Source of the DNA: Delftia acidovorans NBRC 14950
Lineage (GTDB): Bacteria; Pseudomonadota; Gammaproteobacteria; Burkholderiales; Burkholderiaceae_C
Direction: 5' to 3'
Length of the DNA stretch: 32,000 bases
NCBI RefSeq assembly: GCF_001598795.1
Contig: NZ_BCZP01000030.1
Span: 30,001-62,000, forward strand
The stretch's first letter is position 1, and every line of letters begins with the position of its first letter. The notes beneath the pieces are model-generated. The model worked only from the letters and a program-made list of their open reading frames with translations. It was not told the DNA's origin and made no database searches. The position numbers and the translations under genes were made by a program. This document shows positions 9,041-18,072 of this stretch, in pieces.

Positions 9041-10015
9041 ATGGCAAATGAAAAACCCGATGCCAAGGCCGAGGCCTTGTGGAGCCACCTGCACTGGCTG
9101 GTCGTGCTGGAGCAGCAAGGCAGCTTCACCTCGGCCGCCGCGCGCCTGGGCGTGAGCAAGGCGGCCATGAGCCAGCGCGTGGCCGAGCTGGAGCGCGCGG
9201 CCGGCGTGGCCCTGGTCACACGCACCACGCGCAGCGTGCGCCTGACCGAAGCGGGGCAGCGCCTGGTGGACGAGACGCGCGGCGCCTTCGAGCACATCGC
9301 CGACAGCTTTGCGGGCGTGCGCGACCTGGCTGCCGAGCCGCGCGGCCTGCTGCGCGTGACCGCGCCCGTGGCCTTCTCGCGCCAGCAGCTCATGCCCCGG
9401 CTGCCGGCCTTCCTGCGCGCCCATCCGCAGATCCGGCTGGAGCTGGACCTGTCTGACCACCTGCGCTCGCTGGCGATGGAGGGCTTCGACATCGCCGTGC
9501 GCCATGCCTCCACCCCGCCCGAAACCCATGTGGCCTGGGCGCTGGCGCCCACGCGCTCGCTGCTGGTGGCCAGCACGGACTACCTGGCCGCGCACGGCAC
9601 CCCGGCCACCCCGCAGGACCTGGCCGCGCACCAGTGCCTGCACTACCCGCGCACCCAGGGCGCCATGGCCTGGAGCTTCGTGCCCGCCGATGCCGGTGCG
9701 GACGCCGGTGCAGACGCCAGTGCAGACGCAGTACGCACCGTCGTGCCCGTGGCCGGCGGCTTTGCCGCCAACAACAGCGAAATGCTGCGCGACGCCGCCA
9801 TGGCAGGCCTGGGCATCGCCCTGGTGCCCGACTTCAGCGCCCAATCGGGCCTGGCCTCCGGCCATCTGCGCGAGGTGCTGCCCGGCTGGCGGCCCGTTGA
9901 TGCCTTCGGCGAACACCTGTTCGCGATACGCCCCTACGCCAGCCACGTGCCGCGCGCGGTGGCGGTGTTCGTGGAGTTCCTGCGGGCGTCGTTTGCGGCG
10001 GGGTTCATTCGCTGA
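9041..10015 (+). CDS. LysR-family transcriptional regulator (divergent from mmsA)
   Basis: N-terminal wHTH ..LHWLVVLEQQGSFTSAAARLGVSKAAMSQRVAELERAAGVALVTRTTRSVRLTEAG.. I prefer the ATG at 9041. The track start at 9014 is a TTG lying inside the operator palindrome. Confidence 0.85.
   Translation: MANEKPDAKAEALWSHLHWLVVLEQQGSFTSAAARLGVSKAAMSQRVAELERAAGVALVTRTTRSVRLTEAGQRLVDETRGAFEHIADSFAGVRDLAAEPRGLLRVTAPVAFSRQQLMPRLPAFLRAHPQIRLELDLSDHLRSLAMEGFDIAVRHASTPPETHVAWALAPTRSLLVASTDYLAAHGTPATPQDLAAHQCLHYPRTQGAMAWSFVPADAGADAGADASADAVRTVVPVAGGFAANNSEMLRDAAMAGLGIALVPDFSAQSGLASGHLREVLPGWRPVDAFGEHLFAIRPYASHVPRAVAVFVEFLRASFAAGFIR
9689..9730 (+). repeat. In-frame 12-nt tandem repeat x3.5 (gatgccggtgcg gacgccggtgca gacgccagtgca gacgca) encoding DAGADAGADASADA
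   Basis: Direct reading. It lies in the effector-domain half of the LysR gene. Confidence 0.85.
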
Positions 10016-10025
10016 GGGTGGCCCC

Positions 10026-11006
10026 TCAGGCCTTGATCCCCAGCTTGTCCACCAATTGCTTGAACACCGCGTTGTCGCGGTCGATCACGGCCTTGAATTC
10101 GGGCTGGTCCAGGTAGCCCTCGCCCATGTTCTGCTTGGCCATGGTTTCGCGCAGGGCGGGGTCCTTGAGGGTCAGGGCCATGGCCTTGCGCAGGGTCTGG
10201 ACCACGGCGTCGGGCGTGTTGCGGGGCACGGCCAGGCCGCGCCAGCCGCCGATGAGCAGGTCGATGCCGCGCTCCTTGAGCGTGGGCACGGCTTCCCAGC
10301 CGGCCTGTATGCGCTGCTCGGCCATGATGGCCAGCGGGCGGATCTTGCCGGCCGCCACATAGGTGGCCACCTCCACGGGCGTGACGGCCACGGCCTCGAT
10401 GTGGCCGCCCAGCAGGTCGAGCACGGCAGGGTTGGCGCCGCGGTAGGGCGCGTGGTTGAACTTCACGCCCGCCTTGTCCTGCAGCGCGGCGGCGGCCAGG
10501 TGGCCCAGCGAGCCCGGGCCGGCATTGCCGATGCGCACGGCGGCCTCGTCCTTGCGCGCGGCGGCGATCAGTTCCTCGATGCTGCGATAGGGCGAGTCGG
10601 CACGCACGGCGATGGTGGCGGGGTCGGCATTCAGGCGTGCCACGGGCAGCACGGCGTCGGAGCTGATCTTGGTCAGCCCCATGTGCGGGATCATGGTCAG
10701 CTCGACGGTGATGATGCCGATCTTGTAGCCGTCCGGCCGGGCATTGGCCAGTTCGGTCCAGCCCACGGCGCCGCTGGCGCCTGCGCGGTTGAGCACGATC
10801 AGGTCCTGCGGCAGGTGCTTGCGCGCCACCTCGGCCAGCGCGCGTGCCAGCACGTCGGTGCCGCCGCCAGCGGCAAAGGGCACGATGAGTTCAATGGGGC
10901 GCTGGGGCCAGGCGCCGGCCGGTGCCTGCGCCATGGCGGGCAGGACCGGCGTTGCGGCCAGGGCGGCCAGCGAGTGGATGAATTGGCGGCGGGATGCGAG
11001 GGTCAT
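10026..11006 (-). CDS. Tripartite tricarboxylate transporter (TTT) substrate-binding protein, Bug/TctC family
   Basis: Tat-like signal MTLASRRQFIHSLAALAA..AMA, then the family motif ..PIELIVPFAAGGGTDVLARALAE.. GGAGA RBS upstream. Confidence 0.88.
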   Translation of the reverse strand: MTLASRRQFIHSLAALAATPVLPAMAQAPAGAWPQRPIELIVPFAAGGGTDVLARALAEVARKHLPQDLIVLNRAGASGAVGWTELANARPDGYKIGIITVELTMIPHMGLTKISSDAVLPVARLNADPATIAVRADSPYRSIEELIAAARKDEAAVRIGNAGPGSLGHLAAAALQDKAGVKFNHAPYRGANPAVLDLLGGHIEAVAVTPVEVATYVAAGKIRPLAIMAEQRIQAGWEAVPTLKERGIDLLIGGWRGLAVPRNTPDAVVQTLRKAMALTLKDPALRETMAKQNMGEGYLDQPEFKAVIDRDNAVFKQLVDKLGIKA

Positions 11007-11048
11007 GGCTTGTCTCCGGGATCTTTGTTATGTGGCGATGTCTGTGCT

Positions 11049-12068
11049 TCAATCCATTTTGATGTTGGCGGCCTTGATCACGCCGCTCCACAGCGCCTGT
11101 TCCGAGCGCACGAAGCCTGCGAACTGCTGCGGCGTCATCTCCATGGGCTGTATGCCGATCTCTTCGAGCTTGGCACGCGTTTCGGGGTGGCGCAGGGCGG
11201 TGGCCAGGCTTTTGTTCAGGCGCTCGGTGAGCGCGGGGCTCAGGTGGGCGGGGCCGACGAAGCCCTGCCAGGCATAGGCTTCGAAGCCGGGCACGCCGGC
11301 TTCGGCCATGGTGGGTACGTCGGGCAGGATGGGCAGGCGCTGGGGCGTGGCCACGGCCAGCACGCGCAGCTTGCCCGCGCGGATGGCCGAGATGCTGGGC
11401 GGCAGGTCCACGAACATGGACTGGATCTGTCCCGCCATAAGGTCCTGCAGCGCCGGGGCCGAGCCCTTGTAGGCCACGTGCAGGATCTGGGTGCCCGTGC
11501 GCTGCTTGAACAGCTCCAGTGCCACGTGCAGCGGCGAGCCCGGGCCCGACGAGGCCGAGGAGATGCCGCCCGGCTCCTTGCGCGCCATCGCCAGGAATTC
11601 CTGCACATTCTTCGCAGGGAAGGACGGATGCACGGCCAGCACTAGCGGCATGCGGCCCAGGCCGCCGATGTAGCTGAAGTCCTTGCCCGCGTCATAGCTC
11701 AGGCGCGCATACATGGCGGGGTTGAAGGCCAGCGTGCCTGAGTCGGCCGTGCCCAGCGTGTAGCCATCGGCCGGGGCGCGTGCGATCAGCGTGGCGCCGA
11801 TGATGCTGGCCGCGCCGGGACGGTTGTCCACCACCACGGGCTGGCCCAGGTCCTTGCCCATCTGCACGGCCAGCTGGCGGGCGATCACGTCGGTGGTGCC
11901 GCCCGGTGCGTAGGGCACCACCCATTTGACGGGCTGGGTGGGCCAGGCTGGCGCACTCTGGGAGGACGGGGCTGGGGTGGATTGCGCCTGGGCGGTGCCC
12001 ATGCCCAGCGTCAGCAGGGCGCAGGAAAGCCAGGCCTGGCGGTGCAGGGCCATTGGGTTGAACAGCAT
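11049..12068 (-). CDS. TTT substrate-binding protein, Bug/TctC family (paralog)
   Basis: Signal peptide MLFNPMALHRQAWLSCALLTLGMGTAQA, then motif ..PVKWVVPYAPGGTTDVIARQLA.. The start is trimmed to ATG 12068, which has GGAGA upstream. Confidence 0.88.
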   Translation of the reverse strand: MLFNPMALHRQAWLSCALLTLGMGTAQAQSTPAPSSQSAPAWPTQPVKWVVPYAPGGTTDVIARQLAVQMGKDLGQPVVVDNRPGAASIIGATLIARAPADGYTLGTADSGTLAFNPAMYARLSYDAGKDFSYIGGLGRMPLVLAVHPSFPAKNVQEFLAMARKEPGGISSASSGPGSPLHVALELFKQRTGTQILHVAYKGSAPALQDLMAGQIQSMFVDLPPSISAIRAGKLRVLAVATPQRLPILPDVPTMAEAGVPGFEAYAWQGFVGPAHLSPALTERLNKSLATALRHPETRAKLEEIGIQPMEMTPQQFAGFVRSEQALWSGVIKAANIKMD

Positions 12069-12112
12069 TTTTTGTCTCCGGTGGTTTTTATGGGTGTCTG
12101 TTGCGCCGTGCT

Positions 12113-12916
12113 TCAGCGCGGCCGCAGCATCCATTCGTGCGCGGGGTCGTTGCGGAAGGCCCAGCGCCGCTCGGGCCCGGCCATGGTGTTGAGGTAGTAG
12201 AGGTCGTAGCCGTGCGGGGCCACGCAGGGGTGGTAGCCGCGCGGCACCATCACGGTGTCGCGGTGCTCCACCGCCATGGCTTCGTCGATGCTGCGGTCAT
12301 CGGTGTAGACGCGCTGGAAGGCAAAGCCCTGGCTGGGGTTGAGCAGGTGGAAGTAGGTTTCCTCCAGCACGGTCTCGGCGTCCGGCGCGGCGGGGTCGGC
12401 GCTGTCGTGCTTGTGCGGCGGATAGCTGGACGAGTTGCCTGCGGGCGTGATGACCTCGACCACCAGCAGGGACTCGGCCGCCTCGGTCTCGGGCAGGATG
12501 TCGCAGACATGGCGCGTGTTGCTGCCCTGGCCGCGCACGCTGCGGCGCATGCTTTCGGGCGCGATCACGCGCGTGGCGTGGCGGCCCGTGGCGGGTGCGG
12601 CGCTCAAGGCAATGTCGGCCGGGCCGCGCGCCGTGATGCGCAGGCTTTGGCCGGGCGGCACGTAGACGGCCGTGGGCGCACCCTCCTCGAACACGCTGGC
12701 GCGGCTGCCCAGGGCGCTGAACGCCTGGCTGCCGACCTGCACATCCACCTGGCCGGTGAGCACGGTGATGCAGTATTCGAGCGGGCCGGTGGACAGTGCC
12801 TCCACCTCGCCTGCCTGCAGCCGCAGGGCCTTGAAGTGGATGTGCTTCCAACCCGCGCTGGCGGGCGTGATGTCTGTGACGACGCGGCCGGGCGCGGCCT
12901 TGACGAGAAGGCTCAT
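12113..12916 (-). CDS. iolB: 5-deoxy-glucuronate isomerase IolB (KduI/IolB cupin)
   Basis: ..GNSSSYPPHKHD....LEETYFH......GFAFQRVYTDDRSIDEAMAVEHRDTVMVPRGYHPCVAPHGYDLYYLNTMAGP.. The ATG at 12916 overlaps the iolC stop (ATGA). The track ORF start at 13252 is a run-on into iolC. Confidence 0.88.
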   Translation of the reverse strand: MSLLVKAAPGRVVTDITPASAGWKHIHFKALRLQAGEVEALSTGPLEYCITVLTGQVDVQVGSQAFSALGSRASVFEEGAPTAVYVPPGQSLRITARGPADIALSAAPATGRHATRVIAPESMRRSVRGQGSNTRHVCDILPETEAAESLLVVEVITPAGNSSSYPPHKHDSADPAAPDAETVLEETYFHLLNPSQGFAFQRVYTDDRSIDEAMAVEHRDTVMVPRGYHPCVAPHGYDLYYLNTMAGPERRWAFRNDPAHEWMLRPR

Positions 12917-14892
12917 GCCGCGGCTCCTTCGGTGATGTCCTGGCGCGCGGCCACGCGGCTGGCATCCCAGCCCGCGATCAGCGCGCGGAAGTTGGCGGCG
13001 ACGGCATCGCGCAGCGCGGCGTCGTCCAGCTCGTTGCGCAGCCACTGCAGCGCGGGTCCGGCCCAGACGCTGCGGCCGATCATGAAACCCTTGACCACGG
13101 GCGCCCGCGCCTGGGCAAAGCCCTGCACCAGTTGCTCCACGGGCTGGGACAGGCCCAGGATCACGGCGCCCCGGCACCAGGGATCGCGTTCGTTCACCAG
13201 GGCGTCCAGCGCCTCCCAGTTCTCGCGCGCCATGGTGCCGACCTTCCACCATTCGGGCTTGAGGCCCAGGTCGTAGAAATGGCGTATGGCGCGCAGCACG
13301 GCCTCGCCCCGGTCGTCGGGTGCCAGGGTGTCCTTTGGCGGGATCACTTCCAGCAGCAGCTCATGGCCGCTGGCGCGCGTGGCGGTCCAGACCTGCTGCA
13401 GCCAGGCATCCTGCTCGGCGCGCAGTGCGGGCGTGTCGTCGGGGTGGTAGAAGACCAGGCATTTGACGGTATGGCTTTGCGGCCAGTGCAGCAGCTCGGA
13501 AGCCAGCGAGTCCGTGCCGTCAAAGCGCAGCGGGCGCGAGCCCGGCAGCTCGATGGGCCGGCCTATCCACCAGCCGCGTCCCGTGGCGTCGTGCAGCGCG
13601 GCCTCGCCCAGGTGATGGCGGCCGTCGATCAGCACGCCCATGCGGCCCGCGTTGCCCGGATCGCGCTCGACCTGGGCGACCACCTCGTTGATCAGCCGCT
13701 TGAGCGGGCGCAGCCGCGCGGGCGCTGCGCCGGCCTCGCGCGCCAGATCGTCGAACTGGCTGCGGTGGTCATAGGCCAGCACGCACAGCGCGGGCCACTG
13801 CGGCCGCGCCCGGCTGACGCGGTGCAGGTGGGACAGCTCGGGGTCCTGGTCGGGACGCGGATGGCGGTGGCCCGAGAACCAGTGCGCCAGCTCGGCCTGC
13901 GTGGGCATGGCCGGCGCGCAGCCATGGCGCGAGACCACGATGGCTCCGCAGGCGTTGGCAATCGCCGCAGATTCCTCCAGGCTCTTGCCGCGCAGCAGCC
14001 CGGACAGCAGGCCCGAGGCAAAGGCATCGCCCGCGCCCAGCACATTGAGCACTTCCACGCGCTCGCCCAGCACCGTGGGCGCATCGGCGATCGCATCGGG
14101 CACCTCGCCCTCGATCAGCGAGCAGCCCAGCGGCCCGCGCTTGACCACGAAGACGGCGCGGCTGCATTCGCGCACGCGGCGCAGGCTGGCGATCAGGTCG
14201 CCCTCCACGCCGCCGGCGATCAGCCATTCCTCTTCGGTGCCGATGATGAGTTCGAACTGGCCCAGCTCGGCCTGCAGCCTGCGGCTGACCTCGGCGCTGG
14301 CCACATAGCGTGTCTCGCCATCGCCCCGTCCGGCCAGGCCCCACAGCACGGGCCGGTAGTCGATGTCCAGCACGCGCACCAGGCCGTGGCGGCCAGCCAT
14401 CTCCAGTGCCTTGCGGCTGGCGGCCAGCACGCCGGGTGCGCTCAGGTGGGTGCCCGTGATGGCCAGGCAGCGGCAGCGGGCCAGGAACGCCTCGCTGATG
14501 GCTGCGGCGTCCAGGGCCATGTCGGCGCAGTTCTCGCGGGCGAAGAGCAGGGGGAAGGTCTCCTGGTCCTTGATGCCCAGCAGCACCATGCCGGTCAGGC
14601 GCTGGGCATCGACCTGCACCTGGCTGGTGTCGCAGCCCTCGCGGCGCAGCGTCTCGACCAGGAAGCGGCCATTTTGTTCATCGCCCACGCGCGAAATCAT
14701 GGCCGAGCGCAGCCCCAGGCGCGCCGTGCCGAAAGCCATGTTGCCCGAGGAGCCGCCCAGGTACTTGGCAAAGCTGCTGGCCTCCTTCAGGCTGCAGCCG
14801 ATCTGCTGCGCGTAAAGGTCCACGGCCAGTCGGCCCAGGCAGGCCACGTCCAGCGGCCGGTCGGAGGGAAAGTTCAGCATGCTCATCGTCAT
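12913..14892 (-). CDS. iolC: Bifunctional 5-dehydro-2-deoxygluconokinase (IolC, PfkB) / DUF2090-type 5-dehydro-2-deoxyphosphogluconate aldolase
   Basis: The N-terminal half is a PfkB sugar kinase (..LDVACLGRLAVDLY.., NVLGAGDAFASGLL). The C-terminal ~300 aa form the extra domain found fused to IolC in proteobacteria. The start is uncertain: ATG 14892, 14886 or 14880, or GTG 14913. Confidence 0.86.
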   Translation of the reverse strand: MTMSMLNFPSDRPLDVACLGRLAVDLYAQQIGCSLKEASSFAKYLGGSSGNMAFGTARLGLRSAMISRVGDEQNGRFLVETLRREGCDTSQVQVDAQRLTGMVLLGIKDQETFPLLFARENCADMALDAAAISEAFLARCRCLAITGTHLSAPGVLAASRKALEMAGRHGLVRVLDIDYRPVLWGLAGRGDGETRYVASAEVSRRLQAELGQFELIIGTEEEWLIAGGVEGDLIASLRRVRECSRAVFVVKRGPLGCSLIEGEVPDAIADAPTVLGERVEVLNVLGAGDAFASGLLSGLLRGKSLEESAAIANACGAIVVSRHGCAPAMPTQAELAHWFSGHRHPRPDQDPELSHLHRVSRARPQWPALCVLAYDHRSQFDDLAREAGAAPARLRPLKRLINEVVAQVERDPGNAGRMGVLIDGRHHLGEAALHDATGRGWWIGRPIELPGSRPLRFDGTDSLASELLHWPQSHTVKCLVFYHPDDTPALRAEQDAWLQQVWTATRASGHELLLEVIPPKDTLAPDDRGEAVLRAIRHFYDLGLKPEWWKVGTMARENWEALDALVNERDPWCRGAVILGLSQPVEQLVQGFAQARAPVVKGFMIGRSVWAGPALQWLRNELDDAALRDAVAANFRALIAGWDASRVAARQDITEGAAA

Positions 14893-14950
14893 AGGCCTGT
14901 GCGTTGCGGACACCCACGTGCGGGCCTGTCCATAATCGTTGCGTGCATGC

Positions 14951-15003
14951 GATCATAGATCGAAATAGAAAAAGTTTTCCATATATATGAAAAATAGAAA
15001 AAC
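14951..15003. promoter_or_regulatory. AT-rich island with an exact 11-mer direct repeat AAATAGAAAAA (14963-14973, 14992-15002) and TTTTC-N9-GAAAA inverted repeat (14975-14993); candidate iol/rpiR operator-promoter
   Basis: Direct reading. It is the only strongly AT-rich stretch in the iolC/rpiR divergent region, and it overlaps the rpiR start codon (14987). Confidence 0.4.
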
Positions 15004-15883
15004 CCTTGGCGATGCAGGCGCCCCCTCGCTGGCCGGCCCCTACGCTGACCGCGCCGCCTTCCTCACCGTGCTGCGCGAAGGCTTCGAGGCCCTGAGCCGC
15101 CAGCTCAAGGCCATCGGCCGCCATGTGGAAATGCAGGGTGATCGCCTGGCCTTCGACGGCATCCAGGCCACGGCCGAGCAATGTGGCGTGCAGCCTTCGG
15201 CCGTGGTGCGCTTTGCCAAGCATTTCGGGTTCTCGGGGTACTCGGAACTGCAGGCGCTGTTCCGCGCCGATGCGGCGCGCCAGCTCTCGGCCCAGCATGA
15301 CTACCAGGATCGCATCCGGGGCCTGATCGCCTCGGGCAACGAGCCACGCAGCAGCGCGCGCCTGGCGCACGAGGTCATCGAAGGCAGCATCGAAAGCCTG
15401 CAGGCCCTGCAGCGCGGTCTGCCGCCCGAGCAGTTCGAGGCGGCGGTGGACCTCATGCTGGATGCCCCCTCGCTGTGGCTGGCCGCCTCGCGCCGGGCCT
15501 TCCCCGTCGGCGCCTACCTGGCCTATGCGCTGCAGCACACCGAAAAGCCCGTGCACTGGCTGCACGGCCTGGGCGCCATGCAAAAGGGCGAGCTGCGCGC
15601 GCTGGCGCCCGGCGACGTGATGCTGGCCGTCTCCTTCGAGCCCTATGCGCCCGAAACGCTGGAAATGGTGGACGCGGCCCTGGCACGCGGCGCGCGCCTG
15701 CTGGCGCTGACCGACAGCCAGCTCAGCCCCCTGGCATCCCGCGCCACCGTCACCTTGCTGGCCCAGGACGCAGCCACTTTCGGCTTTCGCTCGCTGACCA
15801 GCACGCTGACCCTGGCGCAGTCGCTGTTCCTGGCGCTGGCCTACCGGATGGAGCTGGCGTACGAGCCGTCCCGCAAGCCTTAG
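14987..15883 (+). CDS. MurR/RpiR-family transcriptional regulator (HTH_6 + SIS), likely iol regulator
   Basis: HTH ..IQATAEQCGVQPSAVVRFAKHFGFSGYSELQ.. followed by a SIS-like domain (..DVMLAVSFEPYAPETLEMVDAALARGARLLALTD..). It is divergent from iolC. Confidence 0.85.
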   Translation: MKNRKTLGDAGAPSLAGPYADRAAFLTVLREGFEALSRQLKAIGRHVEMQGDRLAFDGIQATAEQCGVQPSAVVRFAKHFGFSGYSELQALFRADAARQLSAQHDYQDRIRGLIASGNEPRSSARLAHEVIEGSIESLQALQRGLPPEQFEAAVDLMLDAPSLWLAASRRAFPVGAYLAYALQHTEKPVHWLHGLGAMQKGELRALAPGDVMLAVSFEPYAPETLEMVDAALARGARLLALTDSQLSPLASRATVTLLAQDAATFGFRSLTSTLTLAQSLFLALAYRMELAYEPSRKP

Positions 15884-15898
15884 AAGAGGGTGTTGGTG

Positions 15899-16897
15899 TC
15901 AGCCGGCCGCCGCCGCGCGCAGCAGCCGGTCGCGCACGCCTTCCCAGTCCGGCGTGTCGGGCGGGGTCTCGATCCAGATCAGCCTGGCGCCGACTTCATC
16001 GAAGTCGCGCAGGGCGCCGAACAGCTCGCGCGCGGTGGCGGCGGCGTCGGCGGGCATGGCGCGCAGCGTGACGGCGCGCGATGCAGTGCGCAGCGGTGTG
16101 CGGTGGTAGACGGCCAGGTTCCTGGCGTCGGCGCCCAGCACGTCCAGCCCGGCCTGCAGCTGCTTTGCGTCCATGAGGCGCACCTGGGCGTTGGGCGCGT
16201 AGTGGGCCAGCAGGGTGCCGGAGGCGCGTGGCGTGTTTTCCTGCAGCTCTTCCTTGGACAGGGGGCGCTGGCCGCAGGCGCGCTCGATATCGTCGCGCGT
16301 GATGGCGCCGGGGCGCAGCAGCACGGGCACGCCGCGCGTGCAGTCCACGATGGTCGATTCAATCCCCACTTCGCAGGCGCCGCCGTCCAGCACCAGCAGC
16401 GTGTCGCCGAACTCGCCGGCCACATGGGCCGCCGTGGTGGGGCTGACGCGGCCGAACTTGTTGGCGCTGGGCGCCGACACGCCCCAGACGGGCGGCTGCA
16501 GCTGCTGGCAGGCGGCCAGCACGGCATGGGCGACGGGATGGGAGGGGCAGCGCAGGCCCACGCTGTCCTGGCCGCCGGTCGAGGCCCGGGCGGCCTGGGG
16601 CAGGCGCGGCAGGATCAGGGTCAGCGGGCCGGGCCAGAAGGCGTCGATCAGCTGCTGCGCGAACAGCGGCACTTCACGTGCGTAGCGCGTGATGGCGCCG
16701 CTGTCGGCCACATGCACGATGAGCGGATGGTTGGGCGGCCTGCCCTTGGCGGTGAAGATCTGCGCGACGGCCGCGTCGTTGTCGGCGTCGGCCGCTAGGC
16801 CGTAGACGGTTTCCGTGGGCAGGCCCAGCAGTTCGCCGCGCTGCAGCGCCTGTGCGGCGGCCTGGACAGAGGCCGCCAGCGTTCCATCAAGAATCAT
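15899..16897 (-). CDS. tsaC: L-threonylcarbamoyladenylate synthase, Sua5-type TsaC (YrdC domain plus Sua5 C-terminal domain)
   Basis: ..GELLGLPTETVYGLAADA.N..AV..IF..KGRP.NHPLIVHV.., ..WPGPLTLIL.., ..SAPSANKFGRVSPT.., plus a ~120-aa C-terminal domain. Start ATG 16897 lies 11 nt after the purK stop. The track start at 17113 runs into purK. Confidence 0.88.
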   Translation of the reverse strand: MILDGTLAASVQAAAQALQRGELLGLPTETVYGLAADADNDAAVAQIFTAKGRPPNHPLIVHVADSGAITRYAREVPLFAQQLIDAFWPGPLTLILPRLPQAARASTGGQDSVGLRCPSHPVAHAVLAACQQLQPPVWGVSAPSANKFGRVSPTTAAHVAGEFGDTLLVLDGGACEVGIESTIVDCTRGVPVLLRPGAITRDDIERACGQRPLSKEELQENTPRASGTLLAHYAPNAQVRLMDAKQLQAGLDVLGADARNLAVYHRTPLRTASRAVTLRAMPADAAATARELFGALRDFDEVGARLIWIETPPDTPDWEGVRDRLLRAAAAG

Positions 16898-16908
16898 CGC
16901 GTGGGCCT

Positions 16909-18072
16909 TCAGAACGGCTCTATGCCCAGGATGGCAGCGGCCTGCAGCGCCACAGCGCGCACCGCTTCGGGCGTGGGTCCGGTGACGTTCAGGTGGCCCA
17001 TCTTGCGGCCGCGCTTGGCGTCGTGCTTGCCGTACAGGTGCAGGTGACAGCCGGGCAGGGCCAGGACCTGGTCCCAGGCCGGCGCCTTGGCCTGTTCGCC
17101 GTCCTTGAACCACAGGTCGCCCAGCAGGTTCAGCATGATGGACGGGCTGTGCTGGCGCGGCTGCGTCAGCGGCAGGCCGGTCATGCAGCGCACCTGCAGC
17201 TCGAACTGCGAGACATCGCAGGCGTTCTGGCTGTAGTGGCCGCTGTTGTGCGGGCGCGGCGCGATCTCGTTGACCACGAGCATGCCGTCCTGCAGCACGA
17301 AGAATTCGACGCAGAGAACGCCCACGTAGTCCAGGCCGTCGGCCACGGAACGCGCGGCGGCCAGCGCCTGCTCGACCTGGGCCTGCGGCAGGTTGCCTTC
17401 GTAGACCTCGGTGACGGAGAGGATGCCTTCGCGGTGCAGGTTGCGCTGCACGGGCAGGTTGACCATGGAGCCGTCACGGCCGCGCGCCACGATGACCGAG
17501 CATTCATGGGCCAGCGGCAGCATTTTTTCCAGCACGCAGGCCACGCGGCCCAGTTGCTCCCAGGCGGTGGCCAGCTCGGCGGCGTTCTTCACGCGCACCT
17601 GGCCCTTGCCGTCGTAGCCCATGCGGGCGGTCTTGAGGATGCCGGGCAGCAGGCTGGCGTGCACGGCCGCCAGCTGGGCGGGCGTCTCGATCACCGCATA
17701 GGGCGCGCAGGGCACGCCGCAGCGCACGAAGTGGGCCTTCTCCTGGGCGCGGTCCTGGGCAATGGCCACGGAGGAGCCAGCCGGCGAGACCGGCCGCTGG
17801 GCGGCCAGCAGGTTCAGCGCCGCGGCGGGCACGTTCTCGAATTCGGTGGTGACGGCGGCCGACAGGCGCGCCAGTTCGGCCAGACCCTGCGGGTCTTCGT
17901 AGCCGGTACGGATGTGGTGGTGGCTGACCAGGCCGGCAGGGCTGGTCGGGTCGGCGTCGAGCACGGCCGTGAAATAGCCCATGGCCTGGGCCGATTGCAC
18001 GAACATGCGGCCCAGCTGGCCGCCACCCAGCACGCCCAGCGTGGCGCCCGGCAGGATCACATCTGCGCTCAT
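16909..18072 (-). CDS. purK: N5-carboxyaminoimidazole ribonucleotide synthase PurK
   Basis: ATP-grasp protein with ..LGVLGGGQLGRMF..A..MGY.. at the N-terminus. It overlaps the purE stop by 4 nt (ATGA). Confidence 0.93.
   Translation of the reverse strand: MSADVILPGATLGVLGGGQLGRMFVQSAQAMGYFTAVLDADPTSPAGLVSHHHIRTGYEDPQGLAELARLSAAVTTEFENVPAAALNLLAAQRPVSPAGSSVAIAQDRAQEKAHFVRCGVPCAPYAVIETPAQLAAVHASLLPGILKTARMGYDGKGQVRVKNAAELATAWEQLGRVACVLEKMLPLAHECSVIVARGRDGSMVNLPVQRNLHREGILSVTEVYEGNLPQAQVEQALAAARSVADGLDYVGVLCVEFFVLQDGMLVVNEIAPRPHNSGHYSQNACDVSQFELQVRCMTGLPLTQPRQHSPSIMLNLLGDLWFKDGEQAKAPAWDQVLALPGCHLHLYGKHDAKRGRKMGHLNVTGPTPEAVRAVALQAAAILGIEPF

Noticed and set aside
9504-11645. Very long ORFs antisense to, or out of frame with, the called genes. 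Examples: 9504..11645 (+, 713 aa), 3803..5200 (-), 13132..14958 (+), 16852..18420 (+), 18624..20339 (-), 21171..22307 (-), 8969..9946 (-), 30177..31814 (-).
   Set aside because: Their translations are Arg/Ala/Gly/Pro/His-rich low-complexity strings with no family motifs. They lie opposite genes with clear motifs and strong GC3 bias. Stop codons are rare in off-frames of GC-rich DNA, so such ORFs are expected by chance.
12113-13252. N-terminal extensions of track ORFs: iolB to 13252, UDG-fold to 2541, tsaB to 3739, tsaC to 17113, ABC ATPase to 21174, thioredoxin from 21120, dacB from 3632, hprK from 29004, ptsN from 28505, EamA from 24979.
   Set aside because: The extensions overlap upstream genes or are Arg/Pro-rich junk. 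Internal starts give conserved family N-termini, RBS motifs or ATGA-type overlaps with the preceding gene.
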